From Acidobacteriota bacterium (GTDB lineage: Bacteria > Acidobacteriota > Polarisedimenticolia > Gp22-AA2): a DNA stretch of 64,000 bases. The notes under the pieces are model-generated. The model was not told the DNA's origin, did not search any database, and saw only the letters and a program-made list of their open reading frames with translations. Both the position numbers and the translations under genes were made by a program. This document shows positions 19,339 through 27,168 of this stretch, one piece after another (position 1 is the stretch's first letter; each line of letters opens with the position of its first letter). The DNA lies in contig JAGYID010000014.1 of assembly GCA_018606725.1 (NCBI GenBank), forward strand, positions 1,895-65,894, read 5' to 3'.

Positions 19339-20079
19339 ATGGGGTCCTTCAGGACGGAGGTGCGCCGCCGGGGACACCGGGGGTCTGCCGAACGCCGTGG
19401 CGCACCCGATCCCCTCGAGCGGGCGCTCGTGGCCGCGACGGCGCGCTACGTCGGACTGCACCCGCGGTTCCGCTGGTACGCGCGCCTGAAATACCGGTTT
19501 GATCCCTGCTACCGGGCGATTGCGCGGCACATCGGCGAGGACTCGTTCACCGTGGATCTGGGAACCGGCCTCGGGATGCTGCCGGTGCTGCTCGGCGAGC
19601 TCGGCGGGCGACGTCGGGCCCTCGGCGTCGATTGGGATCGGGAGAAGGTGCGCTGCGGGCTCCATGCGTCCCGCGGCCTCCCGGGCGTGGAGATGGTCGA
19701 AGGCGACCTGCATGCCTTCGCCCTGCCCGCCTGCGACGTCATCACCCTGGTTGACGTGCTCCATTACTACGAGGCCCCCAGGCAGGAGGAGATTCTCCAA
19801 CGATGCCGGCTGGCGCTCGGGCCGGGCGGCCGCCTGATCATCCGGGACGGCGACGGCGCCCGCCCGGGCGGCGCGCGCTTCACGCGGATCGTCGAGACGT
19901 GGGCCACCCGAATGGGGTGGAATCGGGGACCGGCGGTGCATTTCCGGCCCATATCGGAGCTGCGCGCCGCGCTCGTCGGGCTCGGCTTTCGCGTCGACGA
20001 GGACGAGGTGGCGAGTCGGTCTCATCCCGGCAACGTGCTTCTCGTGGCCGGGCTGGACACGGTGTCAGGAGATCCCTGA
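19339..20079 (+). CDS. SAM-dependent methyltransferase (small class I methyltransferase).
   Basis: Divergent from the ABC operon across a 96-bp intergenic region. Motif I VDLGTGLGMLP, later LIIRDG. The N-terminal part of the listed ORF is artefactual; start chosen at MGSFRTEV. Confidence 0.6.
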   Translation: MGSFRTEVRRRGHRGSAERRGAPDPLERALVAATARYVGLHPRFRWYARLKYRFDPCYRAIARHIGEDSFTVDLGTGLGMLPVLLGELGGRRRALGVDWDREKVRCGLHASRGLPGVEMVEGDLHAFALPACDVITLVDVLHYYEAPRQEEILQRCRLALGPGGRLIIRDGDGARPGGARFTRIVETWATRMGWNRGPAVHFRPISELRAALVGLGFRVDEDEVASRSHPGNVLLVAGLDTVSGDP

Positions 20080-20196
20080 TTTTCGCCCGGGGAGCGGTCC
20101 GGCACGGCGCCGCCGCCTACAATGAGCCGGTCGGCCTCGGACGCGCTCGTTGGGAGCGCGTGGACGACCGGCTCCGCGCTTGCGCAGGAGGAACGT

Positions 20197-20652
20197 ATGA
20201 AAGCCAAAGAGCTCATGACCCCCGAACCGGACGTCGTCACCTCCAAAGACTCCCTCAGCAAGGCTGCTCAAGTCATGCGTGACCGAAACGTCGGCTCGGT
20301 CCCCGTCGTCGAGAGCCGCGACACCATGAGGCCGCAGGGGATCATCACCGATCGCGACATCGTGGTCCGCCACGCCGCCGACGATCACGATCGAGGCTGC
20401 ATCGTCTCGGCCCACATGACGAAAGGGCCCATCGAGACGGTGGACGAGAACGACGAACTCGAGAAAGTGATGGACACGATGAAGCGCGCGGAAGTGCGGC
20501 GCGTCCTGGTGACCGGCAAAGGCGGGCGCCTGGTCGGGATCATCGCCCAGGCCGACCTGGCGACTTCGGATCAAGTCCCGATGCGCGACATAGCGGAGGT
20601 TGTGCAGACGATCTCCGAGCCGGCCGGGGCGAGGCGCGAACGCTCCGTCTAG
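20197..20652 (+). CDS. CBS-domain pair protein.
   Basis: AGGAGG RBS. Tandem CBS motifs (VGSVPVV..., GIITDRDIVVR, RLVGIIAQADL). Confidence 0.8.
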   Translation: MKAKELMTPEPDVVTSKDSLSKAAQVMRDRNVGSVPVVESRDTMRPQGIITDRDIVVRHAADDHDRGCIVSAHMTKGPIETVDENDELEKVMDTMKRAEVRRVLVTGKGGRLVGIIAQADLATSDQVPMRDIAEVVQTISEPAGARRERSV

Positions 20653-20670
20653 GGAACCAAGGAGACCCCC

Positions 20671-21222
20671 ATGCCCGAAAAGCCGTTCCTGACAGACATC
20701 AAGACCTTGAGACAGCGGGCGCGCCAGCACATCGAGAAGGGGGCCGTGACGCCCGGGTACCAGGCCGACCTGGCGACCGTCGTCCGCATCCTGAACGAGG
20801 CTCTCGCCACCGAGATCGTCTGCGTCCTCCGGTACAGGCGCCATTACTTCATGGCGAGCGGAATCAACGCCCAGAGCGTCGCCCAGGAGTTCCTCGAGCA
20901 CTCCAACGAGGAGCAGGCGCACGCGGATCAGATCGCGCAGCGGATCGTGCAGCTGGGCGGAGAGCCGAACCTGTCTCCGGAGGGCCTCCTGACGCGCAGT
21001 CACGCGGAGTATGTCGAAGGGGACTCCCTCATCGACATGATCAAGGAGGACCTGGTCGCCGAACGGGTCGCCATCGACAGCTATCGCGAGATGATCGCGT
21101 ACCTCGGACATGATGACCCCACCACGGTCAGGATGCTCGAGGGAATCCTCGCCATGGAGGAGACGCACGCGGAGGATCTCGTCAGTCTCCTGGAAAAACT
21201 GGGGACATCGGGCCCCCGCTGA
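20671..21222 (+). CDS. Ferritin-like (bacterioferritin/Dps-superfamily) di-iron protein.
   Basis: GGAGA RBS. Four-helix-bundle ferritin-like sequence with E/H metal ligands (EHSNEEQAHAD, EETHAEDL). Confidence 0.7.
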   Translation: MPEKPFLTDIKTLRQRARQHIEKGAVTPGYQADLATVVRILNEALATEIVCVLRYRRHYFMASGINAQSVAQEFLEHSNEEQAHADQIAQRIVQLGGEPNLSPEGLLTRSHAEYVEGDSLIDMIKEDLVAERVAIDSYREMIAYLGHDDPTTVRMLEGILAMEETHAEDLVSLLEKLGTSGPR

Positions 21223-21232
21223 GGAGTCGGCG

Positions 21233-21442
21233 ATGAACGACCAGAGCCAGGACGTCGTCCTCGACACCGAGACCGAGGTCGCCTGTCCCTTCTGCGGCGA
21301 GTCGGCCGTGGTCAGCCTGGACCCAGGGGGCGGGGCCGCGCAGGACTACGTGGAGGATTGCCCGGTGTGCTGCCGCCCCTGGCGGGTGCGGGTGAGATAC
21401 GACGACACGGGGGCGGCGGCGGTCCGGGTCGAACAGGCCTGA
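21233..21442 (+). CDS. CPXCG-motif cysteine-rich small zinc-ribbon protein.
   Basis: 69 aa with CPFCG...CPVCC. GAGGAG RBS. Confidence 0.6.
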   Translation: MNDQSQDVVLDTETEVACPFCGESAVVSLDPGGGAAQDYVEDCPVCCRPWRVRVRYDDTGAAAVRVEQA

Positions 21443-21587
21443 GGATCGATCAAAACGACGTTCGTGACCGCACAACTAAGCCCGGGATGCTGTCGATCCG
21501 AATGGATCGGCATCCTCCCGGGCATTTGTTGTCGGCGCGTCCAGTATGCGCTCTCGACTGCTACGCGGGATGTCGTCGACCCTTGTC

Positions 21588-21923
21588 TTACTTTGCGAAT
21601 CGTGGCAGATCCTGGTCGAGGCTGTATCCCTTGTGTTCCCTGGTTGCCTCGGCCACCTTGTTGTATGCCTGGGTGGTCTCGTTCTTGGCGTCCGCGAAAG
21701 CCGCCTGGCCGACTTTGACGGCCTTGGCACCGGCCTTCTGGACCGCGCCGGGGATCTGCCGCGCCCTCTCCCCCAGCTCGCGGGTGGCATCCTTCAGCCG
21801 GGCGCGCATCTCGCGCCCGCTGCGCGGCGTCGTAAGCAGGGCGATCGTGGCGCCGGCGGCGGCCCCCGCAATGAAGGTACCAAGAAGCGACCCGAATCCA
21901 CTGCCATGGTTGACTGAGCTCAT
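21588..21923 (-). CDS. YtxH-domain (DUF948-like) small membrane-anchored stress protein.
   Basis: N-terminal G/A-rich TM segment followed by a charged coiled region typical of YtxH. AAGGAG RBS. Confidence 0.6.
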   Translation of the reverse strand: MSSVNHGSGFGSLLGTFIAGAAAGATIALLTTPRSGREMRARLKDATRELGERARQIPGAVQKAGAKAVKVGQAAFADAKNETTQAYNKVAEATREHKGYSLDQDLPRFAK

Positions 21924-22121
21924 TTGACGTCTCCTTTATCACCGGGTTGAGTCGGTGGATGACTCTTATCGCAGACACACTTGTACTCCGGCATCTCCGG
22001 TCCGGCAATTCGGGACGATCCTGAATCGACCGCGCTGCGTGCCTGAATCGACAGTCAGGAATTCTCGAAGGGCCGGGAGCCTGTCCGAGTATTCGGCCGG
22101 GCTCCCAGACGACTCTGACCG

Positions 22122-22955
22122 CTACTTTGCGAGAAAGGTCAGCAGCTCGCGGTTGACTTCCTCGGCGTGGGTCCAGTTCAGGCCGTGCGGGCCGCCCTTG
22201 ATCACCGCCAGCCGGCTCCCCTTGACGATCTCCTGCGTGCGCTTCCCGGTGCCGGCCAGGGGAAGAATGCGGTCGTCGTCGCCGTGAACGACCAGCGTCG
22301 GCAGGTCGATGCGATTGAGATCCTCGCGGAAGTCGGTGAGCCACGCCTGGACGCAGTCGAGCGTGCCCCTGGGAGAGGCGCCGGCCGCGATGTTCCAGCT
22401 CAGTCGCACGACCTCGTCGCTGACCTTGGTGCCCTTCAGGCTGTCGACGTTGTAGAACTTCGCCAGGAAGCCGGAGAGGAATGCCGGACGGTCCGCGGCG
22501 ATGGCCTTCTTGATCCCGTCGTAGACGCCGCTCTCCACGCCCGCCGGGTTGTCGGGCGTCTTCAGCAGGAACGGCGTGATCGCGGCCATGAACACCGCCT
22601 TGCTCACGCGCTTGCTGCCGTGGGAGCCGAGATAGCGGGCCACCTCGCCGCCACCCATCGAAAACCCGACCAGCGTCGCGTCGCGCAGGTCGAGCTTGGT
22701 CATCAGCTTGTGCAGGTCATCGGCGAAGGTGTCGTAGTCGTAGCCGGTGGTCGGCCTGCTGGAATTCCCGAACCCCCTGCGATCGTAGGTGACGACCCGG
22801 TAACCGGCGTCCAGCAGCGCCGGCACCTGCTTCTCCCAGGAGGCGCCGCTCAGCGGCCAGCCGTGGATCAGCACGACCGGCTTGCCCCGGCCGTGGTCCT
22901 CAAAATAGAGATCGACGCTACCGGAGTTTTCCTTGTCGACATTGATAAAAGTCAT
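22122..22955 (-). CDS. Cofactor-free (non-haem) haloperoxidase/perhydrolase, alpha/beta-hydrolase fold.
   Basis: GFSMGG nucleophile elbow and overall similarity to non-haem chloroperoxidases (VVLIHGWPLS, VVHGDDDRILP). Confidence 0.8.
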   Translation of the reverse strand: MTFINVDKENSGSVDLYFEDHGRGKPVVLIHGWPLSGASWEKQVPALLDAGYRVVTYDRRGFGNSSRPTTGYDYDTFADDLHKLMTKLDLRDATLVGFSMGGGEVARYLGSHGSKRVSKAVFMAAITPFLLKTPDNPAGVESGVYDGIKKAIAADRPAFLSGFLAKFYNVDSLKGTKVSDEVVRLSWNIAAGASPRGTLDCVQAWLTDFREDLNRIDLPTLVVHGDDDRILPLAGTGKRTQEIVKGSRLAVIKGGPHGLNWTHAEEVNRELLTFLAK

Positions 22956-23153
22956 CGAGAATCTCCTTCCCTTGAATTCGGTCGCCGGAATCCATCCTAG
23001 CAGGCCGGACGCGCGGAGCCCATTCGACCTGCCGACTTTCCTGAGTGCCTATTCGGGTTTTTCCCGATTGGCACCGGTCGCTGGTTCCGCTAGTGTGAGT
23101 GGGCAGGCATGTGTAGAGCATGTCGTAACGGAGATCGTTCCGAAGGAGGAACC

Positions 23154-23690
23154 ATGAGAGAGCATCGAGCCATCCCGCTTGTCATTCTGGCGGCGATCGT
23201 GTCCCTGGTCGTTTCGTGCACGCAAACCAACGATGCAGGGATCACCAGCTTGATCAAGGCCAGGTTCGTCGCCGACGATCGGGTTCACGCGTCCGAGATC
23301 AACGTGGATACGACGAACGGGGTCGTGACGCTGACGGGGAATGTGGACGGCCAGGAGGCCCGGGACCGGGCCCTGCAACTGGCGAGAGAGACGAGCGGTG
23401 TGCGGGAGGTGAAGGACATGATCTCTGTGAAGGTCGGATCCTCGACAGGCGAGGCTCCCGATCCGAACCGCACGGTCGGCACGCGTATCGACGACGCGGG
23501 GATCACCATGCGGGTGAAGGCGCGGCTCCTGGACGATCCCGTCGTGAAGGGCATGCAGATCGATGTCGACACCCGGGACGGGGTGGTGTTCCTGACCGGT
23601 ACGGTGCCCAGCGATGCCGAAAGGAAGCAGGCGATTCAGCTCGCCAGGGCGACCGAGGGCGTGAAAGACGTCCAGGCGAACCTCCGGTGA
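23154..23690 (+). CDS. BON-domain (OsmY-like) periplasmic lipoprotein.
   Basis: Lipobox LVVSC, then two BON domains (INVDTTNGVVTLTGNV and IDVDTRDGVVFLTGTV). AAGGAGG RBS. Confidence 0.75.
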   Translation: MREHRAIPLVILAAIVSLVVSCTQTNDAGITSLIKARFVADDRVHASEINVDTTNGVVTLTGNVDGQEARDRALQLARETSGVREVKDMISVKVGSSTGEAPDPNRTVGTRIDDAGITMRVKARLLDDPVVKGMQIDVDTRDGVVFLTGTVPSDAERKQAIQLARATEGVKDVQANLR

Positions 23691-24352
23691 ATCGCAACCG
23701 TCCACGAACCCACGTCGGATTCGTATCGTGCCTCCTGCTGCTCACGTTTCTAGCGGGCTGCTCGCAGAGCGCCACGACGCGCGCGACGCAGCACGACAAG
23801 ACGCTCAAAGGAGCCGGCATCGGGGCGTTGTCCGGTGCCGCGCTCAGCATCGCGATGGGCAAGCGAAAGGCCGACGAGATCCTCATCGGCACAGCCATCG
23901 GAGCGGGGATCGGAGCCGGCGTGGGCGGTTACATGGACGCCCAGGAAGAGAAGCTCGCGCAGATCCCCGGCACCCACGTCGAGCGCGTGAGCGATGACAC
24001 CCTGCTCGTGCATTTCGACTCGGACGTCCTGTTCTCGGTCGACTCGGCGACGCTCACCTCGACCTCGCGCGGCGCCGTCGAGGAGGTTGCGGGCGTCCTG
24101 ACGGAATACCCGAAGACGGCCGTCGTCATCCAGGGACATACGGACTCGACCGGCTCCGAGGCGCACAACCAGGACCTCTCCGAGCGGCGCGCCGAATCGG
24201 TGAGAAGCTACCTGGTCGGGCGCGGCGTGAACCAGGAGCGCATGGCCGCAGTCGGCCACGGCGAGGGAGCGCCCCTGGCGGACAACGCCACCGCGGCGGG
24301 CAGGCAGCAGAACCGCCGGGTGGACATCCTGCTCAAGGCCAAGGCGATCTGA
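23687..24352 (+). CDS. OmpA-family peptidoglycan-binding lipoprotein.
   Basis: GTGA start overlap with the BON gene, lipobox LAGCS, Gly-rich linker, and OmpA C-like domain ([22 protein letters not shown]). Confidence 0.7.
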   Translation: MNRNRPRTHVGFVSCLLLLTFLAGCSQSATTRATQHDKTLKGAGIGALSGAALSIAMGKRKADEILIGTAIGAGIGAGVGGYMDAQEEKLAQIPGTHVERVSDDTLLVHFDSDVLFSVDSATLTSTSRGAVEEVAGVLTEYPKTAVVIQGHTDSTGSEAHNQDLSERRAESVRSYLVGRGVNQERMAAVGHGEGAPLADNATAAGRQQNRRVDILLKAKAI

Positions 24353-24366
24353 AGGGAGAGAAGACA

Positions 24367-24552
24367 ATGAACAAACTGACGTTCAAGGGCGAATGGAATG
24401 AAGTGAAGGGTAAGCTCAAGCAGAAGTATGGCCTGCTCACCGACGACGACCTCGTCTACTCGGAAGGCAAGGACGACGAGCTGCTGGGCCGCCTGCAAAA
24501 GAAGCTGGGCAAGGCCAAGGACGAGATCCAGAAGATCATCAGCGAAATCTAG
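24367..24552 (+). CDS. CsbD-family general stress protein.
   Basis: 61 aa, with the CsbD signature [16 protein letters not shown]...[27 protein letters not shown]. Confidence 0.8.
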   Translation: MNKLTFKGEWNEVKGKLKQKYGLLTDDDLVYSEGKDDELLGRLQKKLGKAKDEIQKIISEI

Positions 24553-24827
24553 GAGCCGGTATTGGCCCGGATGGGGGAGGGGGCAATTCGGGGCATTCCT
24601 GAAACTCGGGTCGGGTGCGGCCTGACAAGCGGACCGACCTCCGGAAGGAGGAGCCGGGTCGCTTCGAGGGCCCGCCGTGACCTAAGTGAAACTGCGGTCG
24701 GTACTTTCGTGCCGTGGTTCGATCGTGGAGATGATTCAGTTCCGGAATTCCCCGGATGGAGCATGGACCCGGAGCTCATATTTGACCACTCTGCGCCAGG
24801 AATCCGGGGATACAATCTGAGCTGCCT

Positions 24828-26306
24828 ATGAACCCCGGTCGACCACGTGGAGTGCTCCTGATCGAGCCCGACATCAACCCGGTCGCGCGTCGTTTCAGCC
24901 TCCCGAACATCGCCAACTATCCTCCGATCTCCCTCACCTTCACTTCGAACGGCGACGAAGCCATCGGCGTGGCGGCGGCGATCCGAAGCATTTCCCCAAC
25001 GACCACCATCGTCTTCGGAGGGACCGCCCCTTCGGAGGATCCCGCCTCGTTCTGGGACTCGGCGGCGGATCTGATCTGCTGCCGAAACGGCGACGCGGCA
25101 TTCGCGGCGCTGGCCGCCGAAGTTCGCGAAACGGGACGGGCCCCGGCGCGCTTCCCCGGCTTTTTCCACCGCGACGACGGGCGCTGGGTCCTCGACCCGG
25201 GGCCGCCCGCGGCGCCCCTGGCGAGCCTTCGACCTTACGCCTGGCACCTGCTCCCCAATCGTTACTGGCGCGAGTACTTCCAGGGGTTCCGGCCCACCGG
25301 GATGAGCCAGACGAGCGAGGGGTGCCCCTACGACTGCACCTTCTGCACCGTCTGGAAGACGCACGGGCGTAAGGTTTCATTGGCATCCCTTGCGAACGTC
25401 CAGCACGACTTCAATTCTCTGCCCGCCTCCATCCGAGGCTTCTTCTTCGCCGACGACATCTGGATGCAGGCCAGCGAGCGGCAGATCCAGGAGCTCTACG
25501 ACCCGCTCCTGGAATGGATGGCCTCGGACTTTCTCCCGCGCCGTGGCGATTTCTGGCTGACGGTCGAGACCCGGACGGACCTTTACCTGCGCGAGGAGGA
25601 TCGGTTCAAGGCCTGGATCCGGCGCGGAGGGCTGAAGAGAATCCTCTTCGGCGTCGAGGCGGTGACCGACGAGCAACTCAAGAACTTCAGCAAGCGCAAC
25701 ACGGTCGATAACAACATCGAGGCGATCCGTCGCGCCGCGGAGACCGGTGCCATCGTGACGGCCCAGTTCGTCATCCCGTGCGACGCCACGCTCGCCTACT
25801 TCGACGAGATGGTCCGGTTCCTGAAGACCCATCGGCGCTGGATCAGGACCTCGAACTTCACCGTCGCGACCCCGCTGCCGGGCACCGACCTCTACACGGA
25901 ATCCCTGAAAGTGTCCCCGGAGCTGGCCGACAGGAAGGCGGTTTCGCACCCGGCCTTCTCCCTCTTCACCGCGCTGACGCCGACCCGCCTCGACGTCCGC
26001 GAGTTCTACGAGCAGGTGGCGCGAGTATTCCGCGCCGCCAACCAGATCCACTTCAGTGTTGACGCTCAGCGTCAGGTCTTCCGGATGGCGGTTCAATCTC
26101 CCTGGCTGATCCGGCGCCTCGTGAAGGCCCCGCTGGCCCTGCGCGCCCTGACCGATCCTCGCACCTTCCTCGATGTGCACCGCCAGGTCCAGGGTGACCG
26201 TCTCCTCGGACCGCGGCCGGTGACGTCGTACCGCCCCCTGCCGTCGTCGGACATCGCGACGAGCGCTACTCGAGCAGGCATGGCGCCGTCGAGCGCGCAG
26301 AGATAG
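24828..26306 (+). CDS. B12-binding-domain radical SAM protein (class B rSAM).
   Basis: N-terminal Rossmann-like B12-binding region, then CPYDCTFC (CxxxCxxC) radical SAM cluster motif. Confidence 0.75.
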   Translation: MNPGRPRGVLLIEPDINPVARRFSLPNIANYPPISLTFTSNGDEAIGVAAAIRSISPTTTIVFGGTAPSEDPASFWDSAADLICCRNGDAAFAALAAEVRETGRAPARFPGFFHRDDGRWVLDPGPPAAPLASLRPYAWHLLPNRYWREYFQGFRPTGMSQTSEGCPYDCTFCTVWKTHGRKVSLASLANVQHDFNSLPASIRGFFFADDIWMQASERQIQELYDPLLEWMASDFLPRRGDFWLTVETRTDLYLREEDRFKAWIRRGGLKRILFGVEAVTDEQLKNFSKRNTVDNNIEAIRRAAETGAIVTAQFVIPCDATLAYFDEMVRFLKTHRRWIRTSNFTVATPLPGTDLYTESLKVSPELADRKAVSHPAFSLFTALTPTRLDVREFYEQVARVFRAANQIHFSVDAQRQVFRMAVQSPWLIRRLVKAPLALRALTDPRTFLDVHRQVQGDRLLGPRPVTSYRPLPSSDIATSATRAGMAPSSAQR

Positions 26307-26330
26307 TGTCCGAGGCTTCCGGAAGGAGCT

Positions 26331-27101
26331 TCAGCGGCCGCGGTGCGACCGGGCGTCCGGCGAGCCGAGGCCCGCGATCGTGGGCGCGGCGGCCGCCGAC
26401 GCTTCCACCTTGTCGATCGACGGATGCCACGCGTACAGCAGCGTGCGGTCCTTGACCTCGTCGATCAGCGCCCGGGCGATCGCGGGGCGGACGGCCGGGC
26501 AGCCGAAGCTGCGCCCGATTCGCCCCTGCCTCCGCGCGACCTCTTCGCCGACGTACGGTGCTCCGTGGACCACGATGGTGCGCGCTTCGGCCCGATCGTT
26601 CACCCCCGGCTCCATCCCGCGCAGGCGCATCGAATAGCCGTTCCGGCCGCTGTATGTCGTGCCGGTCACGAACGCCCCGAGCGACGTCATCAGGCTGCCC
26701 TCCTCGTTCGAGAACGACAGTGCCAGGTTCTCGCCCGAGTTCCGGCCGTGCGCCACCAGTTCGTGGAACAGCAGCCGGCGCGAGGCCAGGTCAAGGACCC
26801 ACATCCGCTTGGTCGTCGAGGGCAGGCCGTAGTCAATCAACGTGAGGAGCGGGCGGGAGACCTCTCCCCTGGAACGCAGGGCCGCCCAGGCGGAAAGCGC
26901 CGCCCGCAGAGCCTCGGGCCGCATCGTCGGGGCGGCATGGAGCAGGGCGGTCTCGATGGCGCGTGAGTAAGTGCCCGGCGGCGGCAGGGATACCCGAGGG
27001 GCCGGCGATGGCGGAAGCGCCACGGCGGGCACGGCACCTACGGGTGGCACCGCCGCCAGCAGGGGCAGGGTCGTCAGGAGCAGGGTGCGAGGGATCTTCA
27101 T
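26331..27101 (-). CDS. L,D-transpeptidase catalytic-domain family protein (YkuD_2-like), secreted.
   Basis: Signal peptide, Pro-rich linker, C-terminal GRSFGCPAV resembling the LDT catalytic Cys motif. Confidence 0.5.
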   Translation of the reverse strand: MKIPRTLLLTTLPLLAAVPPVGAVPAVALPPSPAPRVSLPPPGTYSRAIETALLHAAPTMRPEALRAALSAWAALRSRGEVSRPLLTLIDYGLPSTTKRMWVLDLASRRLLFHELVAHGRNSGENLALSFSNEEGSLMTSLGAFVTGTTYSGRNGYSMRLRGMEPGVNDRAEARTIVVHGAPYVGEEVARRQGRIGRSFGCPAVRPAIARALIDEVKDRTLLYAWHPSIDKVEASAAAAPTIAGLGSPDARSHRGR

Positions 27102-27168
27102 GATGGGACCACTATAGGCCCCTTTGGGCGCGGTGTCATTCCCGCCACGGCGGGTGGCCCTTTCAGAC

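Noticed and set aside
20065-21267. 400-aa minus-strand ORF covering the CBS and ferritin-like genes.
   Set aside because: Antisense artefact. The plus-strand genes have strong RBSs and clear domains.
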